A program made the translations under genes and the position numbers. Below, in pieces: positions 52,931-64,000 of a stretch of 64,000 nucleotides of DNA (its first letter is position 1; every line of letters starts with the position of its first letter). The notes beneath the pieces were generated by a model. The model made no database searches and was not told the DNA's origin. It was given only the letters and a program-made list of their open reading frames with translations. This DNA comes from Candidatus Marinacidobacterales bacterium. Its GTDB lineage: Bacteria > Acidobacteriota > Vicinamibacteria > Marinacidobacterales > SMYC01. Location of the stretch: contig OZ250169.1 in NCBI GenBank assembly GCA_965237955.1, forward strand, positions 288,001 to 352,000. Direction: 5' to 3'.

Positions 52931-55900
52931 TTACTCGGACCCCAGCGCAGTGCGAGGCTCGAGGTGGCTCGCTCGTCTCGCAGGTACATAGCATGCCACC
53001 GCCGCCACCACCAGCAGCAAGGCGATGCTCGAAATCAACGCCATAGGATCCCAAGGAGTGATGCCGAAAAGATAGGCCTCAATGAACCTTGCTCCACCAA
53101 GTGAGGCCAAAAGGCCAAGTGCAGCCCCGATTGCCACGGGACTCAATCCCTCACGCAGGACGAGTCTCAAAACGGTACCGCTTTCTGCGCCGAGTGCCAT
53201 TCTGAGTCCGATCTCGTGCGTTCGCCGCGTCACGGCAAAGGAAGTTACGATGTAAACTCCAACTGCAGCCAGCCCAAGGGCCAGGAGCCCAAAAAGGCTT
53301 AGAAGAGCTGCGCCAACGCGCTGCTGCGATAGCGCGTTCGACAGTTCCCTCTGTGCCAACCTCCTTGAGACACTTCGCCCCTTGAAATTAGTGTAGAGGG
53401 CGGAGGAGGATCATGAATGACTACGTTGATTGAGAGAATGACCCCGGCGGGATCGGAAGGAGCCCGTAGGGCGACTGCAGATCGCGCCGGCCGCGATGCG
53501 GCAGGGGTCCCGGATCCCGAAGTGAGTGAGCAAGCGAAGCGTCGACGCTTTACCGCAGAGTACAAGCTGCGGATAGTGCGCGAGGCCGATGCTTGCAAGG
53601 GTGACGGGGATGTTGCGGCTCTTCTGCGTCGAGAGGGACTGTACTCGTCGCATCTTTCGAGTTGGCGTCGCCAACGTGACAAGATTGCCAAGGCGGGGTT
53701 GACATCGAGGAAGCGAGGACGGAAGGCGAAGGCAGAGGATCCACGGGTCAAGGAGCTCGAGCGCGAGAACGCGCGATTGAAGCATCGCCTGGCTCGGGTG
53801 GAGACGATGCTAGAGATCCAAAAAAAAACCTCCGAACTTCTGGGGATCCCCCTGAATCCACCAGACAGCGACGAGAACGATTGATGGTGGCGGCCGAGGA
53901 GCTGGCGGGACGAATTGGACAGACGGCGGAAGCCTGCGAGGCCCTTGGAATAGCTCGCTCCACGTTGTATCGCAGGCGCCAGACGGTAACGTCCAATGCG
54001 AAACGCCGCCCTCGGTCGCACCGAGCCCTCGATGTGACCGAACGTGAGCTGGTTCTCGGTGCCTTGCACTCCGAGCGGTTCGTCGACAAGGCGCCCGCTC
54101 AGGTGTGGGCCACGCTCCTGGACGAGGGAATCTACTACTGCTCGATCCGCACGATGTATCGGATTCTGGCGGAGAACGGAGAGGTCCGAGAGCGCCGGAA
54201 CCAGCTGCGACATCCGAATTATCAAAAGCCGGAGCTGCTGGCCGAAGCGCCGAACCAGGTTTGGTCGTGGGATATCACCAAGCTGCGTGGCCCCGTCAAG
54301 TGGACCTACTACTACCTCTACGTGATTCTGGACATCTTCTCCCGTTACGTGACCGGGTGGATGTTGGCTCGACGAGAAAGCGCTGAGCTCGCTCGTCGTC
54401 TCATCAGCGAGAGCTGCCGCAAACAGAACATCGAACCAGACCAGCTCACCATCCACGCCGACCGTGGCAGCTCGATGCGAAGCAAGTCCGTAGCTATGCT
54501 CCTGGCTGACCTCGGCGTTACCAAGACCCACTCCAGACCTTACGTCTCGAACGATAACCCCTACTCCGAGTCCCAGTTCAAGACTCTGAAGTATTGCCCT
54601 CAGTTTCCGAGCCGTTTTGGTTCCATCGAAGACGGCCGGCTGTTCTGCGGCGGCTTCCTCGACTACTACAATCACGAACGCCGGCACTCGGGAATCGGCC
54701 TCATGACACCGGCCGCCGTTCACGATGGTCTCGCGGAACAGCTCACCACTGCCCGGCGCCAAATCCTCCTCGAAGCTCATCGGGCTCATCCCGAACGCTT
54801 CGTTCGCGGAATGCCACAGCCCCCCGTTTTGCCTCCTCAGGCCTGGATCAACCCGCCGCCGGAGAAAACGACGCGCCAGGAGGCCGCCGGAGCCACTTTC
54901 TCAAGGTGGTCCACACCTGGGGTACCCCCGGATTCAGGCCAACGCGACCAGATCTCGCCGCACGCAGACGGTGACCGCCCCGGGCCCACGAGTCTTACTG
55001 CATTGATTGAGGCTCACTAAATGCAGTCCGCGGGTGTCTCAAAGTTGTTGACACGTTCCGTCCGGCCAATATTGACGAGCCATCGTTTCGTTAATGATAA
55101 CTACCCCTTGTGAGTTCTCATCGTCACCATCAACGAAATCGCGTCCCTCTGTGATGGTTATCCCTAGAGTTCGCATGTAGGCTGGGCTCACAATATCACT
55201 CTCCGTGACGATCCAATCGGAATCGTCCACGCTAGTTCTGTCATCCGGAACGAATCGGGAAACGAGACTCCTCCCCGACAGCGGAACAACGCCGCCCCAT
55301 GTCGCTGAAAGGACATTCGGAAGTGAGCGCACACGCTCGAGGACCTCGCGATAAAAAACCAACGCTCTCACCTTGTCGTATCGTGCCGACATCGAGTTGA
55401 AATCTACAGACAATATCAGCACCTTGGCCGTGCGAAATCCATAGTCTACCCCGTACGCCTTTTCTAACGTCCTACCGAAGAGACTGGCGCCGCTTAGTAA
55501 GCACACGCACAGCGCTACTTGAGACATCAACAGAAGACTCTGGACCCGCGAACGGGAGGGGCCAGCACTGGAGCGAGTGCCGTCCCCATGGAGATTCGTT
55601 GTTAGGTAGCGTTGCGAGCCAACCAGTACCGTGCCTAACCCAAACAACAGAGCGGTCACGAAGGTCAGCATAGAGGCAAACCCGATAACGCGGTGATCGA
55701 GCTGTAGTTCGAAATGCACTGGCATGGCAGAGCGGTCGAAAGGCTGTTCTGCCCAAGAAAACAATGGGAGTATCTCCAAGAAGCCCATCACCCATGTAGC
55801 AATCGGAACGCTAATAAGCAAGCCTAGAGCATAGAGAAACAGGCTCTCCGTGAACAACAGGCGAACGATTTTCGTCCGGCTGGACCCTAGGGCGTATCGG

Positions 55901-56874
55901 ACGGTCAAGTCCGTTTGTCTTCGGAGGGCTCGAATGGACTGCAGGGTCGCGACATTTGAGCACGCGATGAACGATACCAGAAGAGCGATTCCGAAAAGGA
56001 TCGCTCCGTAGGACATCACCGGTGCTCTGTCGTCTGGTCGTAGGCGATCCTCCGACAACGGGCGCATTTGAACGCTCCACCCCTGATTCGTCTGCGGATA
56101 TGCAAGTGCGAGCTGTTTTGCGTGCGTTTCCACCGCAACTCGAGCCTCCTCGAGCGTAACACCGGGGCTAAGCCTCCCTACCGCACCGGTCGTATGCCTA
56201 GCGTCTCGCTGTTGCAACAACTCCTTGTCGCGGAACCAGCCTGGCATTACCAACCCCATCGTAGCGCGCGGAATCCAGATTACAGCCGTTGATCCGAAGA
56301 CCAAGTCGCCGAAACCTTGGGGCGCCACGCCGACGATGCTGAAAGATCTACCGTTGATCTCAATGTTCCTTTGGATAGCGGATAAATCGCCCCCCAGCGC
56401 GCGCTGCCACAGGTCGTAGCTGATCACCGCTACCGGCTCGCCTCGACCGCCACTCTCTTCCTCAGGAAGAAAACCCCGCCCGAGAGGCATCTGGAGTCCC
56501 AGAACGGTGAAGTAATTTTCGGAAACGATGTCGCCTGCCACGCGCTCCACTCGCCCCGCGACGGAAATGCTGAAGGGAAAGCGGAAATACGCTAGTAGAC
56601 CACTAAAGATGTCTTCGCGTTCCTTGTAATCCAGATAGTCTGGATACGATAGGCCCACAACCTTTCTACCGTCTTCAGAACGGGACTTCACCGCAACGAG
56701 CTGTTCTGGCTGGCGGAACGGAAGAGGTCGCAGAAAGAGAGCATCGAGCAAGGCGAAGACCGCAGAGCTCGCACCGACACCCAGTCCTAGGCTTAGCACC
56801 GCGGCGAAAGTGAATCCGCGATGCCGCAGCAGTGACCGAGCGCTAAAGTGGAAGTCCTGCCAGATTGAGTGCAT
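52931..56874 (-). pseudogene. ADOP-like ABC permease interrupted by IS3-like copy 3, with an adjacent deletion
   Basis: MHSIWQDFHF...YWP | LSNALSQQR...LEPRTALGSE; ~90 codons missing relative to the paralogue at 28684. Confidence 0.88.
53347..55060 (+). mobile_element. IS3-like element copy 3 (orfA 53417-53884, orfB 53881-55020)
   Basis: 1714 bp (6 bp longer than copies 1-2); A9 at 53820-53828 puts orfB in the -1 frame; no target duplication. Confidence 0.92.
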
Positions 56875-56881
56875 TGTCTCC

Positions 56882-57127
56882 CGTCCTGTGCCAAAACTCG
56901 GCCCTTTTGAAATAGACCATAAAGAGGTCGGCCTGGGCTCCGGTTCTTGCTGCCATCGTACTTGGCTGTGATGAGGTAGCGGTACCAGCGCAGAAGCGTA
57001 GCGGATGTGGCAGCGGACGCAATCTGGGCCAGCGCCTCGCGGCCCAAAGCCTGGGCCTTGACGGCGAGCCTGCGCCGATCGTCGTCAGAGAGCCTGAGAC
57101 GCTTGCTCCGGACCGTGCAACAACGCC
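56882..57127 (-). mobile_element. Deleted CGT-type element remnant plus an orphan IS5 end
   Basis: Short IR, then KRLRLSDDDRRRLAVK...SPGRP fragment, then GTGCAACAACGCC. Confidence 0.75.
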
Positions 57128-57238
57128 CCGTTGCGGCGTGCATCCGCCATTTGTCCATCCCGACCGAGCCGCTTCGTTGACATTGCCAAACTAGGAGCTG
57201 CATCTTGCGCCCCAGTCTCGCTCAGCCGCAATTACCTT

Positions 57239-58398
57239 TTACTCGTGCCTCAGCGCGTCCACCGGGTTCACACGTACCGCACGCCTCCAGCCCCCGATCA
57301 GAGCGGCGAAGGCGACCAACAGCACCAGCAACAACGGTACCACCCCGGTGAAAACCGGATTTGAAGCAGAGATTCCCACAAAGCTCGACATCAAGCTCAA
57401 TACGACGGCAGACAGAATGACGCCCGCGAGCAACCCCAGCATCACGACTTTCGACGAATCGTGTAGCGCCAACTTCAGAATATCTCTCTGGCTCGCGCCA
57501 AGTGCCGCCCGGATCCCAAACTCTCCGCGTCGCTGGTTTCTGGAGTGCCGGGCCACACCATACAACCCGAGCGAAGAGAGTAACACGCTCAACAGTCCGA
57601 GTGCCGTGAGTAGCACCCCGAGTGCTCGTTGTGGCCACATAGCCCGACTAACAACGTCGCTCAGGATCAGTCTATTGAACACAGGAAGCCTCGGGTTTTG
57701 CCGATTAACTATCGATTCGATCTCCCGCAATGGAGCACTGCTTTCCGATCGGCTACGCGCTTGAATCGAAACAACCCCTCGATAGTTTTGCCGAAGGGGT
57801 ACATACACGTAGTGCCGGAGTCGCTGGTCGAGCAACAGGTGTTTAGCATCGCCCGCCACACCCACGATCTCGAAAACCGAATCCTTCGAACCGAGCAATC
57901 CAAAGCCTGGGTCTCGACCCCGCAGGCTGAGTTGCTCGCCCAGAGGCAATTCGTCCTTCCATAGTCTACTCGCGAGCGATTCGCTCACAACCGCTACCCG
58001 AGGCGCGCCGCTGCGATCAGACTGCACGAACCCTCGCCCCGCTATCAGAGGAATCTTGAGAGTTTCGAAATAGCGGTCTGAGACGGTGGCCAAGTAGGGC
58101 CACGTCGCGTCGCGTTGCTCAACGGGCTGAGCGGGTGGTTGGCTGGAGCGAAATACTTGACCCGCACTTAGGCCAGGCTCGCTCCAGAGAGGAATGTGAG
58201 CTGCCGCTGTGGCATCGGAGATCTCGGGCAACTTCCGTATTCTATCGAGCATCTCCTGGAGCGCGTCCAAATTGGCGGAAGCCGATGCCGGATCCGCACC
58301 TTGGTCGATCGAAAGCGCAACTACGCCGTTAACTTGAAAACCAAGGTCCACACCTAGCGTCGAGCTCAGCCGGTCGAGAATTGACGCTGCCACGACTA
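57239..58398 (-). pseudogene. C-terminal half of a third ADOP-like permease
   Basis: GRGF, VAVVSESLA, EFGIRAALGA, VNPVDALRHE; 5' part replaced by IS3-like copy 4. Confidence 0.85.
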
Positions 58399-59979
58399 CC
58401 CTCTGTGCCAACATCGCTGAGACACTTCGCCCCTTGAAATTAGTGTAGAGGGCGGAGGAGGATCAACGCATGAGTATTTTGCTAGAGAGAGAGACCTCGG
58501 CGGGATCGGAAGGAGCCCGTAGGGCGACTGGAGATCCCGCCGGCCGCGATGCGGCGGGGGTCGAGGATCCCGAAGTGAGTGAGCAAGCGAAGCGTCGACG
58601 TTTTACCGCGGAGTACAAGCTGCGGATAGTGCGCGAGGCCGATGCCTGCAAGGGTGACGGGGATGTTGCTGCTCTTCTGCGTCGAGAGGGCCTGTACTCG
58701 TCGCATCTATCGAGTTGGCGCCGCCAACGTGACGAGATCGCCAAAGCGGGGCTGACATCGAGAAAGCGAGGCCGGAAGGCGAAGGCAGAGGATCCACGAG
58801 TCAAGGCGCTCGAGCGCGAGAACGCCCGACTCCAACGTCGCCTGGCTCGGGTGGAGACGATGTTGGAGATCCAAAAAAAAACCTCCGAACTATTGGGGAT
58901 CCCCCTGAATCCACTCGAGAGCGACGAGAACGACTGATCGTGGCGGCCGAGGAGTTAGCAGGGCAGATTGGGCAGACGACGGAAGCTTGCGAGGCTCTTG
59001 GTGTGGCTCGAGCCACGTTGTATCGCAGGCGCCAGCCGGTGACGTCCAATCCGAAGGGCCGTCCTCGGCCGCACCGAGCCCTCGACGAGACAGAGCGCGA
59101 GGGGTCCTCGAAGCCTTGCACTGTGAGCTGTTCGTCGACAAGGCGCCCGCACAGGTGTGGGCCACGCTTTTGGACGAGGGAATCTACCTCTGCTCGATCC
59201 GCACGATGTATCGGATTTTGGAGGAGCACGGCGAGGTCCGAGAACGCCGGAACCAACGGCGCCATCCGAACTACACCAAGCCGGAGCTGTTGGCTGAAGC
59301 GCCCAACCAGGTTTGGTCGTGGGATATAACGAAGCTTCGTGGCCCCGTCAAGTGGACCTACTACTACCTCTACGTCATCCTCGACATCTTCTCCCGCTAC
59401 GTGGTTGGCTGGATGCTGGCTCACCGAGAAAGTGCCGCGCTCGCGCAACGCCTCATCGCCGAGAGCTGTCGCAAGCAGGGCATTGAACCAGACCAGCTCA
59501 CCGTGCACGCGGATCGTGGCAGCTCGATGCGAAGCAAGTCCGTGGCTTTGCTCCTGGGTGATCTCGGCGTGACCAAGACCCACTCCAGACCCTACGTCTC
59601 AAACGATAATCCTTACTCCGAGTCCCAGTTCAAGACGCTAAAATATTGCCCTCAGTTCCCCAGCCGTTTTGGTTCCATCCAAGACAGTCGACTGTTCTGC
59701 GTCGGCTTCTTCGATTACTACAATCTTCACCACCGGCACTCGGGAATCGGCCTTATGACACCGGCCGACGTTCACTATGGCCGCGCCGAACAGCTCACCA
59801 CCGCTCGGCGCCAGGTCCTTCTCGAAGCTCATCGGGCTCATCCCGAACGCTTCGTTCGCGGAACGCCACAACCTCCCGTTTTGCCTCCTCAGGCCTGGAT
59901 CAACCCGCCGCCGGAGAAAACGACGCTCCAGGATGCCGCACAAGCCACTCCCGCGGCGTCTTCTATACCTGGGGTACCC
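58399..59979 (+). mobile_element. Diverged IS3-like copy 4, frameshifted (~59100) and 3'-truncated
   Basis: Left end CCCTCTGTGCCAAC; orfA 58470-58937; cut by a CGT end at 59980. Confidence 0.88.
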
Positions 59980-60157
59980 CGTCCTGTGCCAAAACTCGGC
60001 CCTTTTGAAATAGGCCATAAATCAGCAACTTAGTGTCTGTGTTTGCGACTGGGCCAAGGGCCGTGGGCTTTACAATCGTCTTGGGCGGGCGGGTCGTCAC
60101 CATGCAGATGACCACCTAGTCGAGAGCGAATATCGAAGCGTGTTCCTGAAGCTGTTT
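59980..60157 (-). mobile_element. Isolated right end of the CGT-type element
   Basis: Matches 31404-31581. Confidence 0.85.
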
Positions 60158-60535
60158 GGGGTTGGATAGGGACGGACGGAATAACCAGTATTGCTCGCGC
60201 ACCGCCATATCCAGAAAGTCACCGAGTAGAGGGCTGTGTTTCACAGCAGCGGCGAGGCAGGCATGAGTTGCAAGCAGGGCCGAACCATCACGGACCATTT
60301 CCCAAAGCGCAGGCTGCATTAGTTCGAGGCGGGCACGGAGCAGTTGGGCCAACCGCGCTGCCGTTTTCGGGCTTCTAATCTGAAGAACGTTTCTCTCCGT
60401 CACCTCAGCGCGCCAGTCGTGGGCGTTAACACCTCGCAACAATAGGTCTGCGATGGTTCGGCTCTCGGAGACTTTCAGGGACCCCGCAGCGATACTTGCT
60501 CGATAGCGTACGGCGCTGGGTCTGTCCCTGTTCAT
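60158..60535 (-). pseudogene. brxA: BREX BrxA (DUF1819) N-terminal fragment
   Basis: YRASIAAGSLKVSESRTIADLLL...NVLQ.RSPKTA.R...AVKHSPLLGDF. Confidence 0.8.
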
Positions 60536-60749
60536 GCGTCGAATATTCGCCTCCTCGTCTCGAAGATGTACACATCCGGCCAGTCGCGTTCCCTTGGTCA
60601 TTCCAGCCTTCAGTGTCTTTGCATAGAGGGTGCCGTACGACCCAGCACGTTGAGCTTGGCGGTCATCCTTTTCGCCGTTGACGGCCTTCCGGGGCCGAAC
60701 CATCCTTCATCATACCGGATTGAAGAGTCCGAACAGCAATACTCTGTGA

Positions 60750-61499
60750 GGGACGGCACCCGTCCGAAACGCAGCGCTTGCTCGCCGACATCGACGTCGG
60801 TCTCGTCGAGCAGATTGTGGTCTACAAGGTCGACCGACTGACCCGTTCCCTCTCCGACTTTGCAAAGCTCGTCGAGCGGCTCGAGGCGGCCGGCGCGGTT
60901 TTCGTCTCGGTGACTCAGTCCTTCAACACCGCGACCAGCATGGGACGACTGACGCTGCATATGCTGCTGTCCTTCGCACAATTCGAACGCGAGGTCACGG
61001 CCGAGCGGATCCGCGATAAGGTCGCTGCCTCCAAGCGCAAGGGACTATGGATGGGCGGCCGCGTACCGCTCGGCTATGAGAAGGACGGGCGCACGCTGCG
61101 CATCAACGAGGCTGAGGCCGAAACGGTCCGGATCTATGCGCTGTACCGAAAGCACGAAACGCTCCGGCAGGTGAAGGCCGAGGCGGACCGTCTGAGACTG
61201 CGTACCAAGCAACGCTTCACCGCGGATGGAACCCGAACGGGCGGGCTGCCGTTCCGTCGCGGACACCTCCACTGCCTGCTGACCAATCCTCTCTACGCCG
61301 GCCGCATCCGGCACCAGAGGCGTGTCTACGAGGGCCAGCATCCATCGATCATTGCTCCGGAGCTCTGGGACGCGGTCCAAACGCAGCTGCAGGCAGGGGC
61401 TGCCAAACCAAGGAGACGCACGACGAAGGGCCGTGCCGCCCCTTCCCCACTGGCAGACAAGCTCTTCGACGAGACCCGGGGACCGGCTGACGCCGACCC
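60750..61499 (+). pseudogene. Large serine recombinase internal fragment
   Basis: YKVDRLTRS, LLSFAQFERE, GLWMGGRVPLGY, LTNPLYAG; no catalytic N-terminus; cut by a CGT end. Confidence 0.85.
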
Positions 61500-61971
61500 C
61501 GTCCTGTGCCAAAACTCGGCCCTTTTGAAATAGGCCATAAATCAGCAACTTAGTGTCTGTGTTTGCGACCGGGCCAAGGGCCGTGGGCTTTACAATCGTC
61601 TTGGGCGGGCGGGTCGTCACCATGCAGATGACCTCCTAGTCGAGAGCGAATATCGAAGCATGTTCCTGAAGCTGTTTCCACGCTACGCCGGTCGAGCCCG
61701 CCGAGGGGCTACCGTCGCCGGCGACAATCTACGCGGCACGGCAGTAGTAGTTGAGAATGCCCCCAAGTCGCTCTCGCGACACGATGGGGCCAGTGTCATT
61801 CGCGCTTGCCGGCAGAGGTGTGATGAGCTCGTTGCCGAGACCTTGGTGGTTCCGTTCTGTGTGATAGTGCACTACGTATTCGGTTACCGCTGTGCGCAGG
61901 TGTCGCTCACTGAGAGGTACGAAGCGGTCGAGACACTCTCCACGTATGGAGAGAACGAATCTTTCCGCATA
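61500..61971 (-). mobile_element. Right end and transposase tail of the CGT-type element
   Basis: Matches 46498-46969. Confidence 0.88.
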
Positions 61972-62092
61972 ACCCGATGACGACGTTGAGGTCCGAGTAG
62001 TCTCCGTGGGCTCCACCGCGGGCGATGGGCCGGGAGAGACGCGTGATAAGGTAACATCGGACATCCCGCCGACGGCAAAGAACAGAGGAGGA

Positions 62093-62431
62093 ATGATGGG
62101 TAGTTTGAACTATGCCAACGGGAAGCTCTGGACAGCCGTTGGGATCCTCGCGACGCATCCCGGACGCATCCAAGAGCGACTGATCAAGGCCTGCCACGAA
62201 GGTCTTGTCTTTGTGCCGGAGACCGTCCTACCAAGTTATTGCAAGCCAATCTATGAGCGTGTCTGGCAAAGCGTAACGTCATCGGCCGGGTCCGAGCGGG
62301 AGGGCCGTTATAAGCCGTCGATCGAGATGCTCTCCGACGATGAAGCGGTAGCTGTTGCCAACGATGTCGTCGAGTTGGCCTATCGCGTTCGTGAAGCTGT
62401 GAATGACGATCCTGCTCGCCGCCGCCGCTAA
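62093..62431 (+). CDS. Hypothetical protein (112 aa)
   Basis: GAGGAGG upstream; protein-like helical composition. Confidence 0.55.
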   Translation: MMGSLNYANGKLWTAVGILATHPGRIQERLIKACHEGLVFVPETVLPSYCKPIYERVWQSVTSSAGSEREGRYKPSIEMLSDDEAVAVANDVVELAYRVREAVNDDPARRRR

Positions 62432-62527
62432 TTCTCAACCCCGTCCTGTGCCAAAACTCGGCCCTTTTGAAATAGACCATAAATCAGCAGCTTAGTGTCT
62501 ATGGTGCGCTCCCGTGAACGGCTTGGC

Positions 62528-62625
62528 GGTAGTAGACCCGCCGTCCCTTCTGTGCCGCGGCGATCACGAGGCTGATCGCGAGATGGGTCTTACCGACGCC
62601 GGGCGGTCCCAACAGAACGACGTCA
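62528..62625 (-). pseudogene. IstB ATPase fragment
   Basis: DVVLLGPPGVGKTHLAISL...GRRVYY. Confidence 0.7.
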
Positions 62626-62823
62626 GCATCTTGGTTGTAGGCAGTTCGCCAATCTCATACAGCTCGAGTTTATGGAAGGGACAGGTAGCTCGCCAACATC
62701 GTGGTTCCACCATCCGCATCGTTGGCGGCGGACGCCGGTGTCAAACCGTAGACTTTGCAACGAGTTATCCATCTGTAGCTCTTTTTTGCGATGGTGGCCG
62801 GAAAACGTTCCTATAATGGCGGT

Positions 62824-63300
62824 ATGGGAAAGCTTCTTTTGCTGTTCATCATCGTCCCCGCCGTGGAGCTCGGTCTTCTCATCCAAGCGGGAATCTATCT
62901 CGGTACGTGGCCGACGCTCGCGTTGATCGTCCTCACCGGCATCGTGGGCGCGTATCTGACACGGCGGCAAGGGTTCTCGGTTTTGACCTGCGCTGAGGAG
63001 CAGATGGACCGTGGCGAGCTCCCCGCGGGCTCGCTCGCGGACGGCGTCATGATCCTCGTCGCGGGCGCACTGCTGATGACACCGGGGATCCTCACCGACG
63101 CATTCGGCTTCTCACTGCTCGTGCCCGGCTTCCGTAACCTCATCAAGCACACCTTGCTGGCGCGCTTCCGTAAATCGGTTGAAGAAAATCGAGTGCACGT
63201 GCACGTCTCCGGGATGGGATTCGACGCCGACTCGAACCCGATGGTGGACATCCGCCCCGAGAGCTTCGGGCCCGATCCGCCGAAATACAAAATGCATTGA
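62824..63300 (+). CDS. fxsA: FxsA family membrane protein
   Basis: FIIVPAVEL...WPTLALI...G.LLMTPG.LTDAFG. Confidence 0.88.
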   Translation: MGKLLLLFIIVPAVELGLLIQAGIYLGTWPTLALIVLTGIVGAYLTRRQGFSVLTCAEEQMDRGELPAGSLADGVMILVAGALLMTPGILTDAFGFSLLVPGFRNLIKHTLLARFRKSVEENRVHVHVSGMGFDADSNPMVDIRPESFGPDPPKYKMH

Positions 63301-63394
63301 CCGTCTTCTGGCGCTACTGGCTCCTCCAAATTCCAGGATGGGTCGTCTTGGCCGGTCTTCTCACGGCAGCGCATTATTAGCTCAGGCTGTCGCC

Positions 63395-64000
63395 TGTCCT
63401 TCATCATTATTGATCCAGCGGGAATGGTACCGCTGGTGGCCCTACGACGAACGAAGAAACCCGGGTCGGCGCGCGCGGGCACTTGCCGAGATCACGCGAT
63501 CAATGGGCCGCGGAGCTGGACAACGCAATCGCGAGGGACCCCAGCAATCGACGCGCAGCGACTAAACTGGCTCAGGCGGCGTCGCGCCATTCGTAGCGGT
63601 GGTGGAGCCCACCCACTCGCGGCAACGCGACGACTTTTGCGGTCGGTGATGGTCGGGGCGTGACGGGTCTTGAGTTCGGGGTGTCTTTGTCGAGACCCAA
63701 GTGGCAACGGTCCTCGTGGTAGTAGCTGATGTACAAGCGCATGAGCCGGACGAGATGCCGCTCACTGAGGACAACTACATGCTCTAACATCTCGCGGCGG
63801 CAGTTTCCGATCCAGCGTTCGGCGGTACCGTTTTGCCAAGGGCTGCGATAAGAAATGCGAACAGGCTTTGTGCCCATGGCCCTGATGAACTCCACCACTG
63901 CAGGGCTGAAAATCGCGTCGCGGTCAAAGACCAAGTATCGTGGTGCCGTGTCGTATGGGAACGCCTCGCGCAGTTGTTGAATCACCCACGCTGACGTGGG
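63395..64000 (-). mobile_element. Second copy of the TGT-type IS481-like element (runs off the window)
   Basis: Reverse complement of 12395-13000. Confidence 0.9.

Noticed and set aside
47405-54789. Long ORFs of ~500 aa (47405+, 49836+, 53299-)
   Set aside because: Antisense shadows of the IS3-like transposase genes, repeated only because the IS is repeated.
31026-62480. Recurring short ORFs containing FKRAEFWHRTG, GRVLAQDG or VLCQNSALLK
   Set aside because: Translations of the repeated IS end in different frames, not a protein family.
1-64000. tRNA, rRNA, IS110 bridge-RNA or TnpB/IscB systems
   Set aside because: No cloverleaf, rRNA-like sequence, DEDD recombinase or RuvC-type nuclease motifs were recognised by eye; a tool-based scan could still find weak cases.

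Overview
GC-rich bacterial accessory region, probably Acidobacteriota-like (inferred from three 'duplicated orphan' ABC permeases plus HlyD and TolC). It has been heavily fragmented by mobile elements. Resident genes: remnants of a surface-polysaccharide cluster (Wzx flippase, SAM methyltransferases, two GT39/ArnT-like glycosyltransferases, one with a G11 tract and a frameshift at a T7 run); a defence block (truncated SIR2 protein, small protein + HNH pair, NucS-type nuclease with an EVE/PUA-like domain, an intact type I R-M operon with two HsdM genes carrying NPPF and NPPY, and fragments of an SNF2 helicase, BrxA and RadC); export genes; and fxsA. Mobile content: IS6, IS3, IS5, IS21, IS256, ISL3, IS481-like integrase-core elements (13 copies of one end) and three group II intron 3' remnants, with up to three levels of nesting resolvable from target-site duplications. 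The most interesting observation is a 2.64-kb large-serine-recombinase element (31769-34415). Its first gene has no start codon in the integrated state; joining the element ends at the symmetric TA core supplies an SD-like GAGG and an ATG in frame and rebuilds a 164-aa gene, which would be expressed only from the excised circle. No tRNA, rRNA or CRISPR array was found. All calls come from reading the sequence; no searches were run.
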